Shown: piece by piece, positions 26,145 to 36,790 of the stretch
Position numbering within the stretch: the stretch's first letter is position 1
How the letters are laid out: each line of letters starts with the position of its first letter
Source: Nemertoderma westbladi
Taxonomy: Eukaryota; Animalia; Xenacoelomorpha
Direction of reading: 5' to 3'
Length of the DNA stretch: 64,000 nucleotides
Assembly (NCBI GenBank): GCA_032718475.1
Contig: JAUCBJ010006375.1
Location: 1-64,000 of the forward strand
Notes under the pieces: model-generated
Seen by the model: the letters and a program-made list of their open reading frames with translations, nothing else
What the model was told of the DNA's origin: nothing
Database searches by the model: none
Program-made: the position numbers and the translations under genes

Positions 26145-27278
26145 ATGAGTTCGGATCGGAATGCGAGAACTGATCAGCGGACAACTCCGGTACCGCTTAA
26201 CGATAAATCTCGACGCGGCAGCATGGCATCCGGTCCGGGAGGCGGCCCACGTCTTAGCACTACCGGAACGAAAGAGAACACTGCTCGTTCCCGCGGACAG
26301 ACAGAGGAGTACGAGGTGGGTTGTTCCGGTTCCAACTGCTCTGTTTCCATTATATGCATCGCCAAACCCGGAACCAAATGGGGACGGGTTGACTTCTACT
26401 GTGGACAGTGCTCAGCAAGACACATTAACAGGATCTCCCAACGTCTGAGCGACTTGGAAAAGAAACTTGAAGATAAAATAACACAGCTAGAGGATGCATT
26501 GTCTACTAAGGACGACAGGATTCTGTTCTTGGAACAGAAAACAGAACAACTCGAACTACACTGTAATGCGACCGAGACTAAGCATAGTGACATTGAGTGC
26601 AAACTAGAAACTCTGAAATCGAACTTCCCGAATGATGTTTTATGCCGCGACGAAGGGGACTGGCAGGAGGTCCGGGCACCTCGACGAAATAAACAAACCG
26701 GTAAACGGCACCCTAATGGTGAACCCAACGTGACTAACCCTGCGTTCCTAGCAAAACAAATAAAAGACGAGCAAGCAGAACAGAACCGACGTAAATCGAA
26801 CATTATCATTAAAGGCGCCAATTCATGCGACAATGACAAACAATTAGTCGTGCATATCGCCAAAGAGCTGGATATAAATATAGAGGAGACGGAAATAAAA
26901 ACGAAGCGAGTTGGACAACAGCGCGAAAACGTACAACAACCAATCGTCATCTCTCTAGCTACAGAAAAGCGAGAGCTACTACTAAAGAGGGCCAGAAAGC
27001 TACGTGACTCTGATCGCTATGGCAATATATACATTTCGCCAGACTATACCCCGGCAGAGAACAAACTTCAGTATCTCCTCCGGCAAGAACGGCGTGCCAT
27101 GGCCATAGCGGAACCCAACAAAGAGTGGATAATATACCGTGGTGCGGTCGTGGACGCTGCATCTATCACCCGTTCCAGCAAACGTACTTCACACCAGTCG
27201 GGTCACAACGCTGTCCCCATGAGCGACAGTATTTATGAATTGCCGTCAGCGGTAAATGAGTCAGGGCAGACGGACTGA
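26145..27278 (+). CDS. LINE ORF1 protein (Cys-rich/PHD-like remnant, coiled coil, RRM-like and C-terminal domain)
   Basis: 377 aa from ATG 26145. C..C..C..YCGQC, a heptad-rich region, and RRKSNIIIKG and IYISPDYT motifs typical of CR1/L2 ORF1. Confidence 0.85.
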   Translation: MSSDRNARTDQRTTPVPLNDKSRRGSMASGPGGGPRLSTTGTKENTARSRGQTEEYEVGCSGSNCSVSIICIAKPGTKWGRVDFYCGQCSARHINRISQRLSDLEKKLEDKITQLEDALSTKDDRILFLEQKTEQLELHCNATETKHSDIECKLETLKSNFPNDVLCRDEGDWQEVRAPRRNKQTGKRHPNGEPNVTNPAFLAKQIKDEQAEQNRRKSNIIIKGANSCDNDKQLVVHIAKELDINIEETEIKTKRVGQQRENVQQPIVISLATEKRELLLKRARKLRDSDRYGNIYISPDYTPAENKLQYLLRQERRAMAIAEPNKEWIIYRGAVVDAASITRSSKRTSHQSGHNAVPMSDSIYELPSAVNESGQTD

Positions 27279-30200
27279 CTTCACCCGACCCAAACTCCAA
27301 CGATTGACTCAAACAATGCCCTAAACATATCGACTACCATCCTAGGGACCCCACCAACGTTGGCTGTCCCCTCGGTGGCCTCACCCACGTCGGTTGCCCC
27401 CTCGGTGGCCCCACCCACGTCGGCTGCCCCCTCGATGGCCCCACCCACGTCGGCTGCCCCCTCGATGGCCCCACCCATGTTGGCTGTCCCCTCGGTGGCC
27501 TCACCCATGTTGGCTGCCCCCTTGGTGGCCCCACCCACGTCGGCTACCCCCTCGGTGGCCCCACCCACGTCGGCTGCCCCCACGGTGGCCCCACCCACGT
27601 CAGCTGCCCCCTCGGTGGCCCCACCCACGTCGGCTGCCCCCTCGGTGGCTCCACCCACGTCGTCTGCCCCCTCGGTGGCCGCACCCACGTCGGCTACCCC
27701 CTCGGTGGCCCCACCCACGTCGTCTGCCCCCTCGGTGGCCGCACCCACGTCGGCTACCCCATCGGTGGCCCCACCCACGTCGGCTGCCCCCTCGGTGGCC
27801 CCACCCACGTCGGCTGCCCCCTTGGTGGCCCCACCCACGTCGGCTGCCCCCTCAGTGGCCCCACCCACGTCGGCTACCCCCCCAGTGGCCCTACCAACGT
27901 CGGCTGCCCCCTCGGCGGCCCCACCAACGTCGGCTTCCCCCTCGGTGGCCCCACCCACGTCGGCTGCCCCCTCGGTGCCCCCACCCACGTCGGCTGCCCC
28001 CTCGGTGGCCCCACCCGTGTCGGCTACCCCCTCGGTGGCCCCACCCACGTCGTCTGCCCCCTCGGTGGCCGCACCCACGTCGGCTACCCCCTCGGTGGCC
28101 CCACCCACGTCAGTTGCCCCCTCGGTGGCCCCGCCCACGTCGCCTGCCCCCTCGGTGGCCCCACCCACGTTGGCTGCCCCCTCGGTGGCCCCACCCATGT
28201 CGGCTACCCCCTCGGTGGCCCCACCCACGTCGGCTGCCCCCTCGGTGGCCCCACCCACGTCGGCTGCCCCCTCGATGGCCACACCCATGTCGGCTGCCCC
28301 CTCGGTGGCCTCACCCATGTTGGCTGCCCCCTTGGTGGCCCCACCCACGTTGGCTACCCCCTTGGTGGCCCCACCCACGTCGGCTGCCCCCACGGTGGCC
28401 CCACCCACGTCAGCTGCCCCCTCGGTGGCCCCACCCACGTCGGCTACACCCTCGGTGGCCCCACCCTCGTCGGCTGCCCCCTCGGTGGCTCCACCCACGT
28501 GGGCTGCCCCCTCGGTGGCCCCTCCAACGTCGGCTGCCCCCTTGTTGGCCCCACCCACATCGGCTACCCTCCCGGTGGCCCTAACTGTCATCCATCCAAG
28601 GACCGACTTCGTGGTAAATGATGATGATATATCGGTAACTGTTTGTCTATTCAACACGAGATCAATTAACAACAAGGCAGACGTCTTAAATGATTTTATT
28701 GTTGATCAACAGATAGACATTGCAATGTTCACTGAAACATGGTTATCTGGGAATGAAAGCGATCATTTGACAATTACGGACATTTGCCCGGTCGGCTATG
28801 AAATTAATCACTCTCCTCGAACAACGAGTCGAGGTGGTGGCGTAGCATGCATCTTTGCAAAGCAGCTCAATATTAAGGATGCAAATAAACAGAATACTAC
28901 ATTCTCAAATTTCGAGTATTTAGATCTGATATTTCAGTGCCATGGTGATGTATTTCGACTAGTTGTTGTTTACAGAACGTGTCCATCTACTACCAATGGT
29001 TGTACACCATCAACGTTTATGAATGAATTTGCAGTATTTATGGAAGAATTAATATTATCACCTGGAAAACTAATTATATTGGGTGACTTCAACTTTCACA
29101 TAGATGTTGCTTGCGACAAGTATGCTGTGGAGTTCTGTGACCTTCTCAACAGTTTTGGCTTGACTCAACATGTGAAACAGCCTACCCATATTCATGGTCA
29201 CACACTCGATCTGCTTATAACCACGGAGGATTCCGGGTCTCTTGTTTCGGATCTAATAGTAAACGATATCGGGTTATCTGATCATTTCTCAGTATGTTTT
29301 AAAATTCATTGTGTTAAGCCAAAACATTATCCTACTACGATGAATTGTCGAAAATTATCAAAAATTAATATTGATCAATTTTGTAATGACATAGAGGGGT
29401 CGGATTTATACGACATGACACTCAATCGTCAGGATGTTGACATTGAATCTATAGTTAATTGCTACAATGACACACTAAAATTGATCCTTGATAAACATGC
29501 GCCTATTGTAGCAAAGAAAGTTACGAAAAATGGGCATTCACCATGGTATAATGATGAAATAGTTAAACAAAAAAAGCTACGGAGAAAACTGGAGAGGAGA
29601 TATAGGAAAAGCAAGACTGAATCACAGTTAATAATGTATAGGGAGCAATGTAAAGTTGTTTCTGATACTATTGTACGTGTAAAACAGGACTACTATCGTA
29701 CCCAGGTGATTGACTCTAAAGGTGACACTGGTGAACTTTTCAAGATCGTTAATAAGATTCTCCACCGCAAGCAAGTTTATAAATTACCTGAGCATGATTC
29801 AGACAAAGTTCTCGCCGATGAATTTGCCGATTATTTTGAGATAAAGATCAACAACTATCGTGAAGAAATTAAATCAGAATTAACTACTGCGGGTGCCAAC
29901 AACACACCTTCTGACCATATTGACCGAAAGGATCATACATTACCAACTCCAGTTGCTGAAACCACACCAATCGTAGTATCAAATAACTCAAATGTTCCGC
30001 CTCTTGATATTTTTCCTGAAATGTCTGAGGAGGCTGTAGGACACTTAATAAATGAATCGAAATCAAAAACAAGTGCAAATGATCCAATTCCAACGCGACT
30101 ACTTAAGTGTTCCTTGAATGTGCTCCTACCAATAATAACTTTTATCATTAATCTATCTATCATGACCGCGACGGTACCATCAGCATTTAAAGAGGCAGTG

Positions 30201-31586
30201 ATTTCACCTGTACTGAAGAAAGTAAAACTCGATCCGAACGTCTTGAAGAACTTCCGACCCATTTCCAATCTGGTGTTCATCTCGAAGTTAACTGAAAGAG
30301 TTATAGCGCAATTGTTAATTGAACATTTGTGTGTGAATAAGCTTAACGACCCATTCCAAAGTGCCTACAGAAAGATGCATAGCTCTGAAACTGCGCTACT
30401 ACGGGTAAATAACGATGTCCTAAAAAGTATTGATAATGGCTCCGCAGTACTGTTAGTCCTGCTCGATCTGAGTGCAGCCTTCGATACTGTTGAGCACTCC
30501 ATTTTAATAAACATCCTGGAAAATGAAATCGGCGTCACTGGAATGGCATTGGATTGGTTCCGATCGTACCTAGCCAATAGGTGCCAGTCAGTTCGGATTG
30601 GGAATTCGTACTCAAAAAAGAAGACTCTACGTTATGGACTCCCACAGGGATCGGTTCTCGCCCCCCTGCTCTTCACCATTTACATGCGTTCGCTCAGTAA
30701 AGTGATAGAAAGATATGGATTATCATTGCATTTATATGCAGATGACACCCAGGTTTACATTGCATTTGAACCTTCTAACATCTCGAGTGCCGTCCATGTT
30801 ACCACTACTTGTCTAAACGATATAAAACGGTGGATGTCATCGCATCTCCTGATGATGAACTCTGAAAAGACCGAGATTTTAGTGCTGCAGTCTCAGTTTG
30901 CTAACAAGATAATTTCACCAACTCATATGACGGTAGGAAATAAAGAGGTAGAGTTAACTGACTCTGCACGCAACATTGGAGCAATTTTCGATAAACATAT
31001 GAGTTTCACCAAACAAATCTCAATGACGGTGCGTGGAGCATTCTTCCAACTCCGCAACCTCTCGAAAGTCAAACATTGCTTCGATAAAAAGACTCTCGAA
31101 GTACTCATCCACGTCTTGATAGCCAGCAAACTCGATTACAATAATGCGCTTTATTTCGGCTTGCCATGGAACGTATTAAAGAAACTTCAATATGTTCAAA
31201 ATTCTGCCGCACGCCTACTGACTGGTACACGTAAGACTGAACATATTACACCAGCGTTAAAGAGACTTCATTGGCTTCCTATATTACGTCGAATAGACTT
31301 CAAGATAGCTTTGCTTACCTACAAATGTATGAACAATATTGGTCCCAGCTATCTATCTGATCTACTACATCCGTACACACCCCAGCGCCAACTACGCTCA
31401 TCGAGTCAATGCCTGCTTGAAGTTCCCCGCTATAACCTCGAAAGCTACGGCAGGAGATCTTTCTCCGTTGCTGCTCCTAAAATCTGGAACTCTTTGCCCA
31501 TGGGTATCCGTTCGGCTCCAAATGTAGTCATCTTTAAAAAATTACTTAAAACTCACTTATTTAAGCTCGAATTTGAATGCTCTTAA
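27279..31586 (+). CDS. LINE ORF2: repeat linker, AP endonuclease and reverse transcriptase (start uncertain)
   Basis: EN motifs NTRS, TETW, GGGV, GDFN, TLDL, SDH. RT motifs FRPISNL, QSAYR, LDLSAAFDTV, GLPQGSVL, YADD. L2-type tail LHWLP...WNSLP. No internal stops. Confidence 0.95.
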   Translation, partial: LHPTQTPTIDSNNALNISTTILGTPPTLAVPSVASPTSVAPSVAPPTSAAPSMAPPTSAAPSMAPPMLAVPSVASPMLAAPLVAPPTSATPSVAPPTSAAPTVAPPTSAAPSVAPPTSAAPSVAPPTSSAPSVAAPTSATPSVAPPTSSAPSVAAPTSATPSVAPPTSAAPSVAPPTSAAPLVAPPTSAAPSVAPPTSATPPVALPTSAAPSAAPPTSASPSVAPPTSAAPSVPPPTSAAPSVAPPVSATPSVAPPTSSAPSVAAPTSATPSVAPPTSVAPSVAPPTSPAPSVAPPTLAAPSVAPPMSATPSVAPPTSAAPSVAPPTSAAPSMATPMSAAPSVASPMLAAPLVAPPTLATPLVAPPTSAAPTVAPPTSAAPSVAPPTSATPSVAPPSSAAPSVAPPTWAAPSVAPPTSAAPLLAPPTSATLPVALTVIHPRTDFVVNDDDISVTVCLFNTRSINNKADVLNDFIVDQQIDIAMFTETWLSGNESDHLTITDICPVGYEINHSPRTTSRGGGVACIFAKQLNIKDANKQNTTFSNFEYLDLIFQCHGDVFRLVVVYRTCPSTTNGCTPSTFMNEFAVFMEELILSPGKLIILGDFNFHIDVACDKYAVEFCDLLNSFGLTQHVKQPTHIHGHTLDLLITTEDSGSLVSDLIVNDIGLSDHFSVCFKIHCVKPKHYPTTMNCRKLSKINIDQFCNDIEGSDLYDMTLNRQDVDIESIVNCYNDTLKLILDKHAPIVAKKVTKNGHSPWYNDEIVKQKKLRRKLERRYRKSKTESQLIMYREQCKVVSDTIVRVKQDYYRTQVIDSKGDTGELFKIVNKILHRKQVYKLPEHDSDKVLADEFADYFEIKINNYREEIKSELTTAGANNTPSDHIDRKDHTLPTPVAETTPIVVSNNSNVPPLDIFPEMSEEAVGHLINESKSKTSANDPIPTRLLKCSLNVLLPIITFIINLSIMTATVPSAFKEAVISPVLKKVKLDPNVLKNFRPISNLVFISKLTERVIAQLLIEHLCVNKLNDPFQSAYRKMHSSETALLRVNNDVLKSIDNGSAVLLVLLDLSAAFDTVEHSILINILENEIGVTGMALDWFRSYLANRCQSVRIGNSYSKKKTLRYGLPQGSVLAPLLFTIYMRSLSKVIERYGLSLHLYADDTQVYIAFEPSNISSAVHVTTTCLNDIKRWMSSHLLMMNSEKTEILVLQSQFANKIISPTHMTVGNKEVELTDSARNIGAIFDKHMSFTKQISMTVRGAFFQLRNLSKVKHCFDKKTLEVLIHVLIASKLDYNNALYFGLPWNVLKKLQYVQNSAARLLTGTRKTEHITPALKRLHWLPILRRIDFKIALLTYKCMNNIGPSYLSDLLHPYTPQRQLRSSSQCLLEVPRYNLESYGRRSFSVAAPKIWNSLPMGIRSAPNVVIFKKLLKTHLFKLEFECS
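27351..28580 (+). repeat. Coding 30-bp tandem repeat (about 41 x APSVAPPTSA) at the ORF2 N-terminus
   Basis: All units keep frame. The product is Ala/Pro/Ser/Thr-rich. Confidence 0.95.
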
Positions 31587-31875
31587 CTTAATTACATTGA
31601 TTTTATTATTTTTAAATTATATTAACTCAAACACCACTTCTATCGTTTTATAGATATACGCTAACATACATTGCATTACGGGTTTTATTTGATGTTTTAT
31701 TTTGATAACGGTTTGTTTTACTAGTGTCTAAATATTGTTTATGTGTAGTTTTTATTGATTGAATTGTTTTACTAATTGTCTTGTGTCTAATTGTCTGTAT
31801 ATTGTCACTATAATTGCGCTTAGATCAAATTTGTATAGGCGCTATATAAATACATATATATTATTATTATATTAT

Positions 31876-33788
31876 TATATTTGCTGTACTATAGGATAAA
31901 CCGTATCAAGTTTGGTATATTTGCTGTACCATAGGATAAACCGTATCAAGTTTGGTATATTTGCTGTACCATAGGATAAACCGTATCAAGTTTGGTATAT
32001 TTGCTGTACCATAGGATAAACCATAGCAAGTTTGGTATATTTGCTGTACTATAGGATAAACCGTAGCAAGTTTGGTATATTTGCTGTACCATAGGATAAA
32101 CCTTAGCAAGTTTGGTATATTTGCTGTACTATAGGATAAACCGTATCAAGTTTGGTATATTTGCTGTACCATAGGATAAACCGTAGCAAGTTTGGTATAT
32201 TTGCTGTACTATAGGATAAACCGTAGCAAGTTTGGTATATTTGCTGTACTATAGGATAAACCGTAGCAAGTTTGGTATATTTGCTGTACTATAGGATAAA
32301 CCGTATCAAGTTTGGTATATTTGCTGTACCATAGGATAAACCGTATCAAGTTTGGTATATTTGCTGTACTATAGGATAAACCGTAGCAAGTTTGGTATAT
32401 TTGCTGTACCATAGGATAAACCGTATCAAGTTTGGTATATTTGCTGTACCATAGGATAAACCGTAGCAAGTTTGGTATATTTGCTGTACTATAGGATAAA
32501 CCGTATCAAGTTTGGTATATTTGCTGTACCATAGGATAAACCGTATCAAGTTTGGTATATTTGCTGTACCATAGGATAAACCATAGCAAGTTTGGTATAT
32601 TTGCTGTACTATAGGATAAACCGTAGCAAGTTTGGTATATTTGCTGTACCATAGGATAAACCGTAGCAAGTTTGGTATATTTGCTGTACTATAGGATAAA
32701 CCGTATCAAGTTTGGTATATTTGCTGTACCATAGGATAAACCGTATCAAGTTTGGTATATTTGCTGTACCATAGGATAAACCGTATCAAGTTTGGTATAT
32801 TTGCTGTACCATAGGATAAACCATAGCAAGTTTGGTATATTTGCTGTACTATAGGATAAACCGTAGCAAGTTTGGTATATTTGCTGTACCATAGGATAAA
32901 CCTTAGCAAGCTTGGTATATTTGCTGTACTATAGGATAAACCGTATCAAGTTTGGTATATTTGCTGTACCATAGGATAAACCGTAGCAAGTTTGGTATAT
33001 TTGCTGTACTATAGGATAAACCGTAGCAAGTTTGGTATATTTGCTGTACTATAGGATAAACCGTAGCAAGTTTGGTATATTTGCTGTACTATAGGATAAA
33101 CCGTATCAAGTTTGGTATATTTGCTGTACCATAGGATAAACCGTATCAAGTTTGGTATATTTGCTGTACTATAGGATAAACCGTAGCAAGTTTGGTATAT
33201 TTGCTGTACTATAGGATAAACCGTAGCAAGTTTGGTATATTTGCTGTACTATAGGATAAACCGTAGCAAGTTTGGTATATTTGCTGTACTATAGGATAAA
33301 CCGTAGCAAGTTTGGTATATTTGCTGTACTATAGGATAAACCGTAGCAAGTTTGGTATATTTGCTGTACTATAGGATAAACCGTAGCAAGTTTGGTATAT
33401 TTGCTGTACTATAGGATAAACCGTAGCAAGTTTGGTATATTTGCTGTACTATAGGATAAACCGTAGCAAGTTTGGTATATTTGCTGTACTATAGGATAAA
33501 CCGTAGCAAGTTTGGTATATTTGCTGTACTATAGGATAAACCGTAGCAAGTTTGGTATATTTGCTGTACTATAGGATAAACCGTAGCAAGTTTGGTATAT
33601 TTGCTGTACTATAGGATAAACCGTAGCAAGTTTGGTATATTTGCTGTACTATAGGATAAACCGTAGCAAGTTTGGTATATTTGCTGTACTATAGGATAAA
33701 CCGTAGCAAGTTAGGTATATTTGCTGTACTATAGGATAAACCGTAGCAAGTTTGGTATATTTGCAGTTTGATGTACTATAGGATAAAC
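31876..33788. repeat. 40-bp satellite, right part
   Basis: Same unit as 25272-25936. The distal units are nearly homogeneous. Confidence 0.97.
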
Positions 33789-33906
33789 ATTAAATTCTAT
33801 AAATATACTGCTCTACATATTATATTTTCTAGAATCCCGTATCAGAGCAATTTCTAAGTATAGTTATCGGAAAGAATGGTATTATACAACATTAATTTAT
33901 AGAACA

Positions 33907-33912
33907 TTTATT
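33907..33912 (-). promoter_or_regulatory. Candidate polyadenylation signal of the ARMH3-like gene
   Basis: AATAAA on the minus strand about 100 nt after the stop codon. The AT-rich context lowers its specificity. Confidence 0.3.
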
Positions 33913-34010
33913 TAAAATTATACGGAAATAATTTTAGCTAGTTTCCCTAGCAATATGCGAAAATTAACAATAAACACTAAGAAAAGCAGAACATTTCCAT
34001 ATAAGTTTAA

Positions 34011-34299
34011 TTAAGTAAAGTCTATTAGTTGTATGGAGTCTCTAGAAGGGCTCAATGAATCTTTACGTATGGAGGAACGCGTTCCAATCACTATAGAACG
34101 TATCATGCCTACTAGGAACGGAGTCTGCTTACTGACCTCGCCGTACCGGTCGCAATGGTCCAGACTATCGAGTAAGCGGAGAGTCAGCGAGTCGTAATTA
34201 GATCGAACAACTTCCAGCACATTATCGAGAGTTAAAGATCCACTCCCGTCGACTGCAGTTAGTGAGTCAAGTTTAGTATTAAAATGGTTTATAATCGCC
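34011..34299 (-). CDS. ARMH3: ARMH3/C10orf76-like (DUF1741) terminal coding exon
   Basis: After acceptor ttattacag it reads (R)AIINHFNTKLDSLTAVDGSGSLTLDNVLEVVRSNYDSLTLRLLDSLDHCDRYGE...*. This matches the ARMH3 C-terminus RAIINHF...VLEVVRANYDTLTL as I recall it. Confidence 0.88.
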
Positions 34300-35329
34300 C
34301 TGTAATAATAAATATAAAACCTAAATTATTTACATTAGATTATAAGAGGAACGCTGAATGTATAAAATCGATTCACGTATATTCAGTTATCTGCGTTTAT
34401 TAAGATGGGATACGCATCTTTGAGAAGAAGAGGATATATAATATACTTTCCTGTGTTTAATAGGAGATCTGAGATCAATATTATCGACACCTATTCACAT
34501 TCCAGTTGTAGCAAACTTGTCCATATAAACTCATAACAAAAAAATAATTTCGAAATTCTTGAGAAAAACTTCTTATCAATTAAACAAAGCAACACGGAAG
34601 TAGCCCTACATTGTATGGGATTTCCTACAAATTGTGGTCGATTTAACAGCCAGAGAAATAATTTCTCAAAGTAAACTCTGTGTAGGAAACCGGCGTCCCC
34701 ATCATTTGTGGGCCGGGGGGGTAATTGTTAATTGTACAAGCCTCTAGTGCCACCATAGGTCCGGCCGCTAAATTTACCAATTAATATGTGACGGACAAAC
34801 TATGGCTTAGTGGATTACTCAATGAATAGCTAACAGTTGGGGGTCATCTATTGTAACTACAGTAGGCAATCACTTCTAACTTTAATATATAACCCATATC
34901 GGAAGCGTGGACTAACCGAGGTGAACCAAACAAAGCCAACCAAACTTTCTGAATAGCGGCACTTGGGTGGGCTAAGCCTGTATTTTTGTGATCAACCTGG
35001 TCCACACAAGAACACTTCAGAAGGGCATTGACAGCTATCAATCACAGTGATACCGCCTATACCCACAGTTGTATATACAGACACACCCCCTCCGTGTGCT
35101 ACCATTGTCTCTTAATAGTCGACCGCGAGGGAAAGGAATTACACGACCGCGAATTAACCCCCAAAAACGTTCTAGTCAAAATTTGCATAATTTACTTCGG
35201 CGAAAGAGTCAGAGAGACGCCAAGTAACGATCACTCAGTTCCTCTGTAAAGAGGAATTCACTTTCTATTTAAGAAGAGACTACTACCCCAAGAGGGAGAG
35301 GACAGAGGAACTGGTTTATTACCCCAAAT

Positions 35330-35645
35330 CTATTTTTTTATTTATAAAGCTACTGTTCTGAAACTTTAACACAAAGATCTGTGATCTTTTACTAAGAAAA
35401 CCGATTATGGATAGCTTCGTAAACCCGTTTGTTCGAAAAATTTGCCAGTTTTTCTGCAGGTCGGTTTTTTTCAAAAATTGCATACATTTTGAAGCTTTTA
35501 TATGTAAAATATCTCATGTTTAAGGATCTGTAATACCACCACCTGGGTTGAAGTTCTCGGGTTGAAACTATCTTCTTCGAAAAATTCAGATTGATATTGA
35601 TTTTGGCATTCATTCGAAGGTGTTCAATATATTTTAACACCATAA
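35330..35645. repeat. Dispersed repeat family, copy 1 (also about 39900-40090 and inverted at about 54900-55090)
   Basis: Copies 1 and 2 share TTTTATATGTAAAATATC.CATGT..AAGGATC...CTGGG.TGAAGTTCTCGG. The reverse complement of the last part appears near 54955. Confidence 0.7.
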
Positions 35646-36409
35646 AGTTTCCATTGTTGGTGTTGGCTTATATCTCAAACGGGCAGTAAACATGGTATGG
35701 TCGTAGAACATTTATACTTCGTCTACATGTACAATAATTATTCAAAGGAAATATAGATACTGGAGTCGTTTGGGGAACCCTAAATGAGAAAGTTTAAGGC
35801 CATCAAATAATCGTTAATGTCAACGAATGTTGCTAATTAATATTAATTACCAAAGTTTGTTGTGATTGAAACCGCAGACGAATTTCGAAGGATACTAACA
35901 CGAGTGAGGCCTACGTGCAGCAAAAGCTGCAAGCCATCTTGCGAACAATTATAATTATACTCTATGGCTAGTTATATAGGAAGGATTCTGATATTGGCTT
36001 CCGAGAATAATTTGGTTTCCGACAACACACTGAGACACACACCTAGACTTTTGGAAAACGGCCATAGTATAATTATAACATTTCGCTGATGGCTCGCAGT
36101 TTTGACTCGCCCCACAATCAACCATCATAAATACATACGATACACACTGTTGAGGAAGAACATCATCAAATTACTACACCTAGCGAATTTCAGTATTATT
36201 GGATCTGAGAATAATTTACTAAATTGTATAATTAATCTGCATTTATTATAGGAAGGGATCTAGGGGTCTCATTGTAGGCAACACATTGTTACTATCAATA
36301 ATTAATCTGCAACGTTCCCTAAGGAAACTTTATTCGTTACAAAATAGGCCCGATTAATATTTTGTTCTTCATCTTTTGGAGTTACTGATAGTCAACCTAT
36401 CAGACCGTA

Positions 36410-36508
36410 ATCGCTGCATCATAGCACCTGCACCTGCACCATAATCGCTGCACCATAGCACCTGCACCTGCACCATAATCGCTGCACCATAGCACCTGCA
36501 CCACAATC
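36410..36508. repeat. Short GCACC(T/A)-rich tandem repeat
   Basis: ATAATCGCTGCACCATAGCACCTGCACCTGCACC, about 3 copies. Confidence 0.8.
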
Positions 36509-36581
36509 GCCGGTTCTCAGAGATACAGGCCTAGAGTTCGCGCATGGGCTTGGGAAGAATTTTCTGTTATTGATAAATAAA

Positions 36582-36790
36582 TTTGTTTGTTTGTTTGTTT
36601 GTTTAGTTTCTACTACAATATCGGTTCGCATCCGTAGTCAAACCAACGATGTACAACGGCATCGTGGGTAACACGGACAATGTCGGTTGAGCTGGATTTA
36701 AATAAAATCGAATATCTCTCCAAACCACTTCTGTTTCGAACCTGTAACCTCCGTGGTCGGAGTCTGGACGATCACCTCTAGGCCACACGT
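36582..36790 (-). mobile_element. tRNA-derived SINE
   Basis: On the minus strand: A box TGGCCTAGAGG (36785-36775), B box GGTTCGAAAC (36742-36733) about 32 nt downstream, a ~130-nt body and an (AAAC)n tail. Confidence 0.7.

Larger units (their letters stand above)
25937..31875 (+). mobile_element. Full-length non-LTR retrotransposon, L2 clade (CR1 group)
   Basis: ORF1 plus EN-RT ORF2. The 3' end has an L2-like GCGCTTAG...AGGCGCTATATAAAT and a (TTA)/(TA) tail. Possible target-site duplication TATATTT at 25930-25936 and 31876-31882, where the satellite resumes. Confidence 0.93.

Noticed and set aside
27281-28675. 464-aa antisense ORF (GAADVGGATE)n and a 396-aa +1-frame ORF
   Set aside because: Shadows of the stop-free GC-rich repeat within LINE ORF2.
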